24,814 nucleotides of DNA from Candidatus Jordarchaeum sp. LHC_1308 (GTDB lineage: Archaea; Asgardarchaeota; Jordiarchaeia; Jordiarchaeales; Freyrarchaeaceae): NCBI GenBank assembly GCA_019057675.1, contig JAHLWX010000025.1, positions 1-24,814 of the forward strand, read 5' to 3'. This document shows positions 9,719-18,479 of the stretch, piece after piece. Position 1 is the stretch's first letter; every line of letters begins with the position of its first letter. Under the pieces are notes generated by a model. It had not been told where the DNA came from and did no database searches. It saw nothing but the letters and a program-made list of their open reading frames with translations. The translations under genes were made by a program, and so were the position numbers.

Positions 9719-11536
9719 TTGTCGTTTAGACTGGAGGGCATAGCACGGCTTTACAACAATCTTTTCACTCTTCCCTCCCTCCCCTTAGTCCTTGCGCTAA
9801 CTATTTTGATACACGTTTTCATCGGCTCTCTTCTATTCCCTCTATACCACTCTTCATGGACGTTATCAGAGCTGGCAGGTGGTGCCCTCTGGGGGGCTGC
9901 ATTATTGCTTCCAGCCTCCCTTTTATCAATTCCGCTTTCAGCCTTATCCGCTGGAAAAGAAAGAAGAATTTGGAGTCTAAGGCGCCTGACCGGGCTAACA
10001 CTGTTCTCAATAGTTTTCTGGAGCATTCCCGCTCTGCTCGGCGTGGCGCTTTACGTCAAACTAACGTCAGCAGCCAGCTTAGGCATAATATCAGGTCTAG
10101 GATTAATGTCCTTTCTCAGGGTGTTGGTCTTCAGGGGGGCGTCGAACCTCAGCACCGTAAGATCCATTACGGCGTCCTCAACGCAGCCCTTATTGATAGT
10201 TGCAGCACTGGCATTATCAAATTTTACTCGCCTTTCCCCTATGTTCTTGGTGCAGTTTGTTGCCACGTGGTTACTGCTTACTGCAGCGGGCTATCTTTAT
10301 CTTTTCATTATCGATAGGTCCATCGAAAGCGAGTTGGGCGTCGGAGGTCTACGTCTATTCTATGGCTTTATAGCGGAGTGGCTGTCAGATAACCCTCAGC
10401 CACTGGAGGAAGCCCTCACCGAAATAGGCTTCGTTGAGGAGCGCGAAGTATTGGTGTTAAGCTTCATCAGCCAAGGAAAACCGGCTGCTTCACTTGTGGT
10501 CCCGATGGTTCATCCCGGCCCATTCAGGAAAGTTGGAGGTTCCACTCTTCCTTACATGATCTCTAGAGTGTTCGAGGAGCATATTGGTGGATTGGCTGGA
10601 GTAGCCCATGGGGCGTCCACTCATGCTCAAAACCCGGTGTCTCGTTCCGAGGCGGCAAAGCTTATTGAGGAGGTAGTTAAAGCTGTCCACTCTAATAAGT
10701 TTAAGCCGGGTAAGCCCATAAGCCCACTGGTTCAAGTCGAGCACGGCTCAGCTAGGGTTAGCTGCCAGCTCCTCGGCGACCTAGCCTTGTTCACCGTGAG
10801 CCTCACAACATGCAGCTACGACGACGTACATCCCAGCATGCTGTCAGAGCTTCAAAAAAGAATAGCGGACGAGTGGAAGGGCGACGTCTTCATGATAGAC
10901 GCTCACAGTGCTAGTGAGGGCAGACTCGAGCTGGATCCATTAACGCCCAGCGCCGAGGTAGCCGAAGAAGTATTCACTGCTGCTGCTGAAGCCCTTACAG
11001 CGGCTAAGAAGCTTAAAGCTACTAGGGTTAAAGCTGGAGGAGGACGTGCAGCTCTCATAGGTGCCGGGGTGAAGGAAGGAATAGGGAGCGGCGGCATCTT
11101 CTCCCTTCTAGTAGAAGTGGGAGGGCACACCTCATGCTACATCATAGTGGATGGGAACAACATGATATGCGGCCTCAGAGAAGCCATAGAGAACAAAGTG
11201 AAGGAACTGGGGGTACATGCCGTGGAGGTATTAACTAGTGACAGCCATGAAACAAACGCGGTCTCGATAGGGGAGCGCGGTTCAAATCCCGTAGGCTTCT
11301 CCGTTGACTGGAAAGCTGTGATAAATGCCACATTAAGCTCTGTTGAAGCCGCTAAGAAGAACATGAAGGAAGTTGAACCCGCATACTTCATTGAAAAAGT
11401 CAAGGTAATGGTTATCGGGGAAAGTTCGATGACAAAGCTCTCACTTTCCGTGCAGAAAGCCGCCTCCTTGGCAAAAAAGGCTGCTGTAATGCCTTTCTTA
11501 TTGCTCTTAGCCCTAACGCCTCTCCTCCTCTTATAA
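9719..11536 (+). CDS. large archaeal integral membrane protein (DUF2070-like architecture)
   Basis: TTG start. The first ~200 aa contain multiple hydrophobic helices, followed by a ~380-aa soluble domain (PMVHPGPF, GASTH, TSDSHE) and a C-terminal hydrophobic anchor. The family assignment is from memory of the architecture only. Confidence 0.5.
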   Translation: MSFRLEGIARLYNNLFTLPSLPLVLALTILIHVFIGSLLFPLYHSSWTLSELAGGALWGAALLLPASLLSIPLSALSAGKERRIWSLRRLTGLTLFSIVFWSIPALLGVALYVKLTSAASLGIISGLGLMSFLRVLVFRGASNLSTVRSITASSTQPLLIVAALALSNFTRLSPMFLVQFVATWLLLTAAGYLYLFIIDRSIESELGVGGLRLFYGFIAEWLSDNPQPLEEALTEIGFVEEREVLVLSFISQGKPAASLVVPMVHPGPFRKVGGSTLPYMISRVFEEHIGGLAGVAHGASTHAQNPVSRSEAAKLIEEVVKAVHSNKFKPGKPISPLVQVEHGSARVSCQLLGDLALFTVSLTTCSYDDVHPSMLSELQKRIADEWKGDVFMIDAHSASEGRLELDPLTPSAEVAEEVFTAAAEALTAAKKLKATRVKAGGGRAALIGAGVKEGIGSGGIFSLLVEVGGHTSCYIIVDGNNMICGLREAIENKVKELGVHAVEVLTSDSHETNAVSIGERGSNPVGFSVDWKAVINATLSSVEAAKKNMKEVEPAYFIEKVKVMVIGESSMTKLSLSVQKAASLAKKAAVMPFLLLLALTPLLLL

Positions 11537-11762
11537 TTAATGCTTTCCCACCATCTTCACTATCGTATCTGCTGTCAGTTTTCTACGCGGCAGAGAAAGC
11601 TTAAGTGTTTACTAGTTAATTGGCTTATTTCATCCTGCTACGGACTAAAGTCGAAGCAGTATGTTACCTGCGCGTAACTCGTAACTGCCTTTTTATTCTT
11701 CATCGTCTTCAAGTCTGCAGATTGTCCCATCAGAAATCACCTATACGCATCCAAAGATAAAA

Positions 11763-11810
11763 TTCTCTTCTTATTTCAAGAGAAAATACAGCAAACTTTT
11801 TTAGTAAATT
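11763..11810 (+). promoter_or_regulatory. candidate por operon promoter: inverted repeat TTCTCTT-N8-AAGAGAA followed by a T/A-rich TATA-like box
   Basis: The inverted repeat is 11763-11769/11778-11784. TTTTTTAGTAAATT at 11797-11810 lies ~50 nt upstream of the porG ATG at 11856. Confidence 0.3.
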
Positions 11811-11855
11811 CCTGTTGAAGAACTTAACAGCACTGTAAAGGCAACGGGAAGAGAG

Positions 11856-12422
11856 ATGTTGCGTGGAATAGTGGAAGTCAGGTTTCATGGAAGAGGCGGG
11901 CAGGGCGTGGTCACAGCAAGCCGCCTACTTGCAGAGGCAGCCCTCCTTGAAGGAAAAAAGGTGCAGAGTTTCCCTGCCTTTGGTGCCGAGAGGGAAGGGG
12001 CACCTATAAAGGCCTTCACTAGAATAAGTGAAGCCCCGATCTATATAAGGTCACAGATATACACTCCGAATATCGTTGTTGTACTTGACCCGACGGTCAT
12101 TAGGTCTGAAAGAGTGACGGAAGGGCTGAAGGACGACGGTTGGCTCATAGTTAACACCATAAAGGATCCCGAGGTGCTCAAGGAGGAGCTAGACGCCAAG
12201 GCGAAGATTGCAACTGTAAACGCGACAAGTATAGCGTTGGAGCTTCTTGGCGCTCCAAGAGTCAACACGCCGATACTCGGCACCTTAGTGAAATCCACTC
12301 GGCTAGTTAAGCTTGACTCGGTCATCAGCATCATAAAGTCCACTTTTAAGGGTAAGGTGGCTGATATGAACATTAAGGCTGTTGAGCGGGCCTATCAAGA
12401 GACAAAGATTAAGGGGGTATAA
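11856..12422 (+). CDS. porG: 2-oxoacid (pyruvate/2-ketoisovalerate):ferredoxin oxidoreductase, gamma subunit
   Basis: The N-terminus VRFHGRGGQGVVTASRLLA is the hallmark of the gamma subunit. It is first in a gamma-delta-alpha-beta operon. Confidence 0.85.
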   Translation: MLRGIVEVRFHGRGGQGVVTASRLLAEAALLEGKKVQSFPAFGAEREGAPIKAFTRISEAPIYIRSQIYTPNIVVVLDPTVIRSERVTEGLKDDGWLIVNTIKDPEVLKEELDAKAKIATVNATSIALELLGAPRVNTPILGTLVKSTRLVKLDSVISIIKSTFKGKVADMNIKAVERAYQETKIKGV

Positions 12423-12706
12423 TGTTGGAAACTTGGGAAGAGGTAACTTTTGCCGGATACATACTTGAGCCGGGAAACGCTGAAAGCTACAAGACGGGTG
12501 ATTGGAGGTCGAGGCAGAAGCCGGTCATTAACCAAGAGAAGTGCACTTTTTGCCTTCTATGTTGGATCTACTGTCCTGATGGCGCCATAATCCGAAAGGA
12601 AGGCGAAGTAGAAATCGATTACTACCACTGCAAGGGTTGCGGAATATGTGCCTACGAGTGTCCCTCAGGAGCCATAAGGATGAGAAGCGAGATGGAAGGC
12701 GAATAG
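12422..12706 (+). CDS. porD: 2-oxoacid:ferredoxin oxidoreductase, delta subunit (2x[4Fe-4S] ferredoxin domain)
   Basis: Two cluster motifs are present: CTFCLLCWIYCP and CKGCGICAYECP. The start overlaps the porG stop (TAATG), which suggests translational coupling. Confidence 0.85.
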   Translation: MLETWEEVTFAGYILEPGNAESYKTGDWRSRQKPVINQEKCTFCLLCWIYCPDGAIIRKEGEVEIDYYHCKGCGICAYECPSGAIRMRSEMEGE

Positions 12707-12707
12707 A

Positions 12708-13913
12708 ATGATGGCGAGAAAGGTTCTAGCACTCAATGGCGACGAAGCTGCAGCTTACGCGGTTAAGCAGTGTAAGCCGGACGTCATAGCTGCTTATCCC
12801 ATAACTCCTCAAACCATAATTGTTGAGCGGCTAAGTGACTTCGTAGCTGACGGCGAGCTGGATGCAGAGTTCATCGCAGTCGAGTCTGAGCACTCAGCGA
12901 TGAGCGCCTGTATAGGTGCCTCAGCGATGGGCGCCAGAGCCTATACGGCAACCGCTTCTCAGGGATTAGCCCTAATGTATGAGATGCTGTTCGTCGCGTC
13001 ATCCTTCAGGTTACCGATAGTGATGAGCGTCGCCAATAGGGCTCTAAACTCGCCCCTCAACATTTGGAACGACATGAGCGACACTATGGGGGCGAGAGAC
13101 TGCGGCTGGATTCAAATATATAACGAGAACTCTCAGGAAGTTTATGACTTCACTATTCAAGCCTTCCGGATAGCGGAGGATCACAGAGTTCTACTCCCCG
13201 TCATGGTTTGCCACGATGGTTTTGTTGTGAGCCACTCAACGGAGGGCGTCGAGGTATTAAGCGACGGTGAAGTGGACTCATTTCTGCCACCAAGAGATCC
13301 TGTTTACCCGCTGGACGTCGAGAAACCGGTGACCATAGGTTGCGTCGGCGTCCCAGAATACTACCCGGAGATAAAGTACCAGCAAGAGGTGGCCACAAAA
13401 AAATCCATTGAAACAATAAAGGAAATACTTAGAGAGTTCAACGAGTCCTTTGGAAGAAGCTATGGGATAGTCGAAGAGTACCGGACAGATGGAGCCGAGG
13501 TAGCCCTCCTGACTATAGGGAGCATCAGCGGCACAGCCAAGGAGGCCGTTGATGAGATGAGAGCTGAGGGTAAACCCGTTGGGTTACTCAAGCTGAGGCT
13601 CTTCCGTCCTTTCCCCATCGAAGCCCTCAGAAAATCCCTGAGCGGCTTGAAGGTTGTGGGAGTGGTCGACCGGCACATAAGTTTCGGCTCTTGCATGGGG
13701 GGCGCGCTTAACATGGAGGTTAGAGCCGCTCTTTACGAGATGAAGGATAGACCGCACGTTATGGGGTTCCCTACAGGCCTCGGTGGGCGAGACATACGAG
13801 TAGAACATTTCCTCAAAATCATAGATGAACTCCTAATGATAGCTGAACAAGACGCCCTCGAAGAAGAGTACAAGGTGGTCGGTTGCCGGGGGCCGGGATG
13901 TATAGGCCCGTGA
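12708..13913 (+). CDS. porA: 2-oxoacid:ferredoxin oxidoreductase, alpha subunit
   Basis: Has LNGDEAAAYAVKQCKPDVIAAYPITPQT and ESEHSAMSACIGAS, which are typical alpha-subunit motifs. 401 aa. Confidence 0.85.
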   Translation: MMARKVLALNGDEAAAYAVKQCKPDVIAAYPITPQTIIVERLSDFVADGELDAEFIAVESEHSAMSACIGASAMGARAYTATASQGLALMYEMLFVASSFRLPIVMSVANRALNSPLNIWNDMSDTMGARDCGWIQIYNENSQEVYDFTIQAFRIAEDHRVLLPVMVCHDGFVVSHSTEGVEVLSDGEVDSFLPPRDPVYPLDVEKPVTIGCVGVPEYYPEIKYQQEVATKKSIETIKEILREFNESFGRSYGIVEEYRTDGAEVALLTIGSISGTAKEAVDEMRAEGKPVGLLKLRLFRPFPIEALRKSLSGLKVVGVVDRHISFGSCMGGALNMEVRAALYEMKDRPHVMGFPTGLGGRDIRVEHFLKIIDELLMIAEQDALEEEYKVVGCRGPGCIGP

Positions 13914-13922
13914 GGTGGTAGT

Positions 13923-14849
13923 ATGGCTTTAAAGTCCTTACCCTTACATGAGTATCTTTCATCTGGACACAGGCTCTGCGCAGGGTGTGGCGAGGGAGTG
14001 ACGATAAGGCAAATACTGAAGGCCTTCGACGAGCCTCCAATAATTTGCAACGCCACCTCCTGCCTTGAAGTATCAACAACCCCCTTCCCCTACACTGCTT
14101 GGAGAACACCATGGATCCATCCGGCCTTCGAGTGCACGGGCGCCGTGGTGGCAGGAGTGGAAGCAGCCCAAAAAGCCCTAATACGTAAGGGTAGAAAAAA
14201 GAAGTGGGATGTTGTACTAGCCTTAGCGGGTGACGGAGGCACACACGACATAGGACTACAGGCGCTTTCCGGAGCCCTAGAAAGAGGACACAAGTTCGTG
14301 TACGTCTGCTACACCAACGACGCCTATATGAACACGGGCATACAGCGCTCAGGCGCAACGCCGAAGGCAGCGTGGACTACCACAAGCCCGGCAGGAAAAG
14401 TGATCCCTGGAAAAACCGAGTGGCAAAAAGACCTCATGAAAATAGTCGTGGCACACGATATACCATACGCTGCAACCGCAAGCCCCTCATACCCCATGGA
14501 TCTTCAAAGAAAAATGAAGAAGGCTACACAGGCGGACGGCCCGGCCTTCATCCTAGCCCTGGCACCATGCCCCAGAGGATGGAGGACGCCACCCCACCTA
14601 ACAATAGAACTGGGGCGACTGGCTGTCCAAACTTGCATGTTCCCCCTCTACGAGGTGGAAAAAGGACAATACAGGATCACAATGAAACCTAAACGGAAAC
14701 TCCCAGTGGAATACTACCTCCGACCACAAGGACGCTTCAGACACCTCTTTACACCAAAAACTAGACACGACATAATCAACGACATACAAGCTTACGTCGA
14801 CAAAAAATGGCAAGAGCTCCAAAGAATGGAACAACTAACACAGCCATAA
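13923..14849 (+). CDS. porB: 2-oxoacid:ferredoxin oxidoreductase, beta subunit (TPP-binding)
   Basis: Has CAGCG and GDGGTHDIGLQALSGALERG...NDAYMNTG (TPP motif). 308 aa. Sequence alone does not let me tell POR from VOR. Confidence 0.85.
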   Translation: MALKSLPLHEYLSSGHRLCAGCGEGVTIRQILKAFDEPPIICNATSCLEVSTTPFPYTAWRTPWIHPAFECTGAVVAGVEAAQKALIRKGRKKKWDVVLALAGDGGTHDIGLQALSGALERGHKFVYVCYTNDAYMNTGIQRSGATPKAAWTTTSPAGKVIPGKTEWQKDLMKIVVAHDIPYAATASPSYPMDLQRKMKKATQADGPAFILALAPCPRGWRTPPHLTIELGRLAVQTCMFPLYEVEKGQYRITMKPKRKLPVEYYLRPQGRFRHLFTPKTRHDIINDIQAYVDKKWQELQRMEQLTQP

Positions 14850-14999
14850 AGCAACTCCTATCCTTTTACTAGTCCCTTCAAAACTACCAAATTCCCTTTT
14901 CTTTGTTAATACCCTTTCATTGGTTGATTCTTTTTTGTTAATACCGTTATAACTGGCAACTAACGAATTTGCATCTTTTGTTGCGTCCAACAAAACTCA

Positions 15000-15413
15000 G
15001 ATTTCTGCCAGTCTCTCTTGCAACATGTTTAACAAACTCATAGAAAGAGGCATTTCACTAACTACATTTAAGTATGAGAATCATCTTTCTCTTATAACTT
15101 TCAGATATTCTTTCTTTTTTCATAACGCCGGCGGCGCATTCAATATTCGCTTAAAAAGACCTCTCTAAGATTTCTGGTAGATATTTCAACAAGACGCTGT
15201 CCGAGACCATTAGCTGGCCATTAGGCTTCAGCACTCTAAAAACTTTTCTGAAACTTTTTCTTTTGTCAGATGAAAGATTGATGCGCCGTTCGAAACAATC
15301 ACGTCAACGAAACAGCCCGCAACAGGCAGGTTCTCTATAGTTCCAAGTTCGAGTTCAACATTATGGTACCCACATTTACTTACAATTATTCTTCCCCTTG
15401 CAACAATTTCATC
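15000..15413 (-). pseudogene. decayed class I SAM-dependent methyltransferase (ArsM/UbiE-like), 5'-truncated with several frameshifts and stops
   Basis: The minus strand reads [44 protein letters not shown]. After a frameshift it reads [43 protein letters not shown], then a stop, then ECAAGV, and after a further frameshift EYLKVIRER..FSYLNVV. This parallels the ArsM-type consensus DVVISNCVINLSPDK..VFREAFRVLKPGGRL.VSD...LPEE......CIAGA. The SAM-binding N-terminus is absent. Confidence 0.7.
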
Positions 15414-15439
15414 CTAGCCAAGAGAATCAATAAAGGAGG

Positions 15440-15599
15440 TTGAGGAAGAAGCTCTAAGAACATGGCTCAGAACCTTTGGAATACAAGCCTTCAGACTAAA
15501 ATTATCCGGACACTACCTTACCCGCATCAATTCGCAGTATATTCCATTTGAGATATTAAAGCCAAAAAATTTAATCCAGTGCATATAGAAGGAAGCTGA
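15440..15599 (+). pseudogene. possible 3' fragment of a metallo-beta-lactamase/beta-CASP-fold gene with a frameshift in an A-run
   Basis: Reads ...FRLKLSGHYLTRINSQYIPFEILKPK. A shift at AAAAAA then gives (K)KFNPVHIEGS followed by a stop. This resembles the C-terminal S-x-H ... PK..(I/V)PVHGE end of MBL-fold hydrolases. The match is short, so support is moderate. Confidence 0.35.
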
Positions 15600-16053
15600 C
15601 CTCATGAATACTATTTAAAAATTCATTTTCTGTTAAGAGAAACCAGCTGAAAGAGACAGATTAGGAAGCCATTATGAAATGTTTATCTGTAAGTTCTCAC
15701 AACATGCGTCGTTAACTGGAATATACTCAAACGACATATCCTCAAATATTGGACCAAAATACCAAGATTAGTGATATCAGCAGCCTACATGAATCAAAAG
15801 CCACTCATGCACCTCCTTCATGCCATATTTTTAACAAAACAATTCTGGCTGATAAAATTGTTAAAAATATTGGACTTTCTTCCATCATATGTCAAAAAGG
15901 AACTTGGAAACGTGTCGTGGAAACAGTCTCTTAAAGTATTCTCCCATAAGAAAAATTTTCTTCACAATATTTAAAGAGTGTAATTGTGCAAATACCATAA
16001 TGCATAATTAATTTATGTTTAAAGTAAAATACCTATTAACTGGGTTCGTCAAA

Positions 16054-16443
16054 ATGCCAGAGTGGTGGATTACCTCTGGTCCTCTTGAGAACTGGAAGAT
16101 AGCCTTTGAGGTAGGAAAGATCTGGGGCGTAACAAGGATCACTCGGCGGGAAAGTCTGTCCACTGGTGATTATGTATTATTCTATGTGACTAAGCCTATA
16201 AGCGGCGTTATTGGATATGGATTAGTCAGGACGAAGTTTAAGCAGGATAATCCGCTATGGCCACAGGAGATTAATGAGGGGAGGGTTATCTGGCGATATA
16301 GGTTTGAATTTGATGTCGAATACTGTCTCCCGCCGGGAAATGGGAAACGGATAAAGTCTCCTCAAAATACATTGCTCATGCAGCAAGGGGAGGATTTCAG
16401 CGGATTAAAAATGAGGAGGCTATGGATATTATCAAGAAGCTAG
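16054..16443 (+). CDS. EVE/PUA-like (PH1033-type) domain protein; the C-terminal part of this reading frame looks frameshifted
   Basis: MPEWWITSGPLENWKIAFEVGKIWGV...GDYVLFYVTKPISGVIGYGLV matches the EVE/PUA-like pattern. From ~16320 the listed frame gives low-quality sequence, while the +2 frame reads GKWETDKVSSKYIAHAARGGFQRIKNEEAMDIIKKL, a typical EVE C-terminus. Confidence 0.6.
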   Translation: MPEWWITSGPLENWKIAFEVGKIWGVTRITRRESLSTGDYVLFYVTKPISGVIGYGLVRTKFKQDNPLWPQEINEGRVIWRYRFEFDVEYCLPPGNGKRIKSPQNTLLMQQGEDFSGLKMRRLWILSRS

Positions 16444-16455
16444 TTCCTAGAGAAT

Positions 16456-16863
16456 TTGAGTCAGGTGGGCAACCGTCACTTCACGACCAGGTTAAGGACG
16501 CTCAAAGAGATAGGGAGGCTACAGGGCTTTATAGCTGAGGACGTATATCCCATAGACATTGGGAAGCTGGACGTTACATGGAGGAGGGTTGAGAAGGGCG
16601 TACCTACGTATGCCTTTGAGATACATATTGGAGGAGATCTATATCACGACATGAGCAAACTCAAACATGCCCATGATTTATGGAACAGTAATCTATTCCT
16701 CATAACTACTGAGAAGGACATTAACAAGGTTCAACAGCTACTGTCAGGAACATTCCACGAGATTAGGGATAAAGTTAGGGTAATTGATGCTGAGAAGATA
16801 AGAACATTGTACTTGAAGAAGAAGGACTATAAAGATTTTGAGCGCCAACTTGGAATCCTCTGA
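16456..16863 (+). CDS. restriction-endonuclease-like (putative PD-(D/E)xK fold) domain protein, probably the C-terminal half of the EVE gene
   Basis: LKEIGRLQGFIAEDVYPIDIGKLDVTWRRV..PTYAFEIHIGGD...LFLITTEKDINKV resembles nuclease modules often fused to EVE domains (D..W then FE-I/V-x). It is in the same frame as 16015..16443 and separated from it by one TAG. Confidence 0.5.
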   Translation: MSQVGNRHFTTRLRTLKEIGRLQGFIAEDVYPIDIGKLDVTWRRVEKGVPTYAFEIHIGGDLYHDMSKLKHAHDLWNSNLFLITTEKDINKVQQLLSGTFHEIRDKVRVIDAEKIRTLYLKKKDYKDFERQLGIL

Positions 16864-17129
16864 CATTTAAATCTAATGGATATATACCATTTCCGATTTG
16901 AATGTTTAATAATTGGGTTTTTCATTTTAAAATTTGACGATATAAAAATTTTTGCACTTTACTGGTTCTTCGGGCCCATTTTTGGGTTAATTCGATTTGC
17001 TTTATTTTTTGGAGAGCTACCTTTTAGTTTTGCGCTCCTTTTAAACTCTGGACACTTCTTCAAAGCATCAGCAGGCTTATCACAAATTCCGTATAGGAAC
17101 GGGAGAATTTCAAGAAAATTATTATATAG

Positions 17130-17204
17130 TAGCGGGGGGTGGATTTGAACCACCGATCTCGGGGTTATGAGCCCCGCGGGATCTCCTGACTACCCCACCC
17201 CGCT
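17130..17204 (-). tRNA. initiator tRNA-Met (anticodon CAU)
   Basis: The minus strand reads AGCGGGGUGGGGUAGUCAGGAGAUCCCGCGGGGCUCAUAACCCCGAGAUCGGUGGUUCAAAUCCACCCCCCGCUA. It has a 7-bp acceptor stem with A1:U72, an anticodon stem CGGGG/CCCCG with consecutive G:C pairs next to the loop CUCAUAA, and a T arm GGUGG-UUCAAAU-CCACC. There is no intron and no encoded CCA. Confidence 0.9.
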
Positions 17205-17339
17205 TCGTCTTCACGGTATCTTAAACATGAAGAGAACTTAAAAAGCTTATCTAAGTTTCAGTATTCTCTTTTTCTTCGAGTTAGCTCCTCTTACTGCCCT
17301 TAATTATTTCTGTCTTTTTTCCATTTCTTTGACTTAGTT

Positions 17340-18479
17340 TTGCAGACTTTTATTGGGTTGGTTAGGAGAAGATGGCGAAACCTTTTTTTGTTTTTTGATG
17401 CCCTGTGGTTTCTTGTTGGAGGGTTTTTTATGGTTTATTGGTGGGTTAGGGCTCCGCTTCTCTATGCTTCTATTTGGCGTTGTAGGGGTTTTTCTCCGCC
17501 GGAGGAGGTTGACCTTAAGCCCACCCTTCGTTGTAATCTCAGGTGCAAGATGTGCTTTCAGAGGAAGCTGACGGAGGAGGATCGTAGGCGCGCGTTGGGA
17601 GAGGAGCTTTCCACCAGTCGCTACTTGGAGCTGCTGAGAGAGCTTTCATCCCTCGGTGTGAGACGCATCCACGTGGTTGGCGGGGGGGAGCCCCTTATGA
17701 GAAACGACGTCCTCGACATTATGGGGGCGGTAAAAGGGCTGGGAATGGAGGGTGTGCTCACCACGAACGGAACCCTTCTTGATGAGTCAGTCGCTCGGGC
17801 ATTAGTTGACATGAAGTGGGACGTTGCGATGTTCTCTGTTGATGCGCCAACACCTGAAGCTTATGGGATGATTAGAGGGTCTCCTCATATGTTTGAACGT
17901 GTAGTTGCGTCTATGAATGAGCTGACGAGGGTTAAGAGGCTGAGGGGGGCCGTGAAGCCTCTTCTCCACATTCACTGCGTAGTTACAAACTTGAACTATG
18001 AGTTGCTCGAGGACATGGTTGACTTCGCTCATGGTGCCGGTGCGCAGATCCTAACCTTTGACAAGTATTACCCTGAGGATCCATCCTTAGTGTTGAGGGA
18101 GCGGGAGATTCGCGTGATGCTTGAGCGTTTGAAGAGGGCTGCTGTTAAGGCTGAGAAGTATGGCTTGCTGGTTAACGTGAAGGAGTTTCTCTCACTCTAC
18201 AGGCGTCCTCCGAGAGGGGTGATATGTTACAGGCCATGGCTTTCAGCGGACATTAATTACAATGGAGACGTTGTCCCCTGCTGCTACAGTGAGGAGGTTA
18301 TGGGGAGCATTAGGTTTAGAAGTTTCCGTGATGTATGGAATGGTGAAAAGTACAATCAGTTAAGAAAAACGTTTAGGGAGGGTAAGTTCCCGGATTTCTG
18401 CAAGGACTGCTTTTTCTATCCTGGTCTGTTGAACGACATTCCTTTCGGAAGGCAGCTTCACACTCTAAGACTCATCTGA
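17340..18479 (+). CDS. radical SAM enzyme with a C-terminal SPASM/twitch Cys-rich domain and an N-terminal hydrophobic helix
   Basis: CNLRCKMC is a CxxxCxxC motif. GGGEPL is present. The C-terminus has CYRPW...NGDVVPCCYS...FCKDCFF. The N-terminus LFLFFDALWFLVGGFFMVYWWV is hydrophobic. The start is uncertain: TTG at 17340 or ATG at ~17430. Confidence 0.75.
   Translation: MQTFIGLVRRRWRNLFLFFDALWFLVGGFFMVYWWVRAPLLYASIWRCRGFSPPEEVDLKPTLRCNLRCKMCFQRKLTEEDRRRALGEELSTSRYLELLRELSSLGVRRIHVVGGGEPLMRNDVLDIMGAVKGLGMEGVLTTNGTLLDESVARALVDMKWDVAMFSVDAPTPEAYGMIRGSPHMFERVVASMNELTRVKRLRGAVKPLLHIHCVVTNLNYELLEDMVDFAHGAGAQILTFDKYYPEDPSLVLREREIRVMLERLKRAAVKAEKYGLLVNVKEFLSLYRRPPRGVICYRPWLSADINYNGDVVPCCYSEEVMGSIRFRSFRDVWNGEKYNQLRKTFREGKFPDFCKDCFFYPGLLNDIPFGRQLHTLRLI

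Noticed and set aside
11537-11855. A possible small RNA (C/D box or other) in the 320-bp region upstream of porG
   Set aside because: There are only short hairpins, such as CTGCTG...CGGCAG near 11570 and CTGCT...AGCAG near 11634-11659. No properly ordered C/D or H/ACA boxes were found. This is insufficient to call an RNA gene.
15749-15974. Two overlapping 61-67 aa ORFs in the AT-rich island
   Set aside because: They are short, mutually overlapping and in different frames. They have no SD and no recognisable motif, so they are likely chance ORFs in decayed sequence.
14850-17129. A partial tRNA duplicate (att site) or integrase gene that would prove an integrated element
   Set aside because: By eye I found no second copy of the tRNA 3' or 5' half and no integrase-like ORF. 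The island interpretation therefore remains inference.
16876-17153. ORFs 16876..17148 (+) and 16959..17153 (-)
   Set aside because: Both run into the tRNA-iMet gene and lie in AT-rich sequence that gives low-complexity F/L/K-rich peptides. There is no SD.
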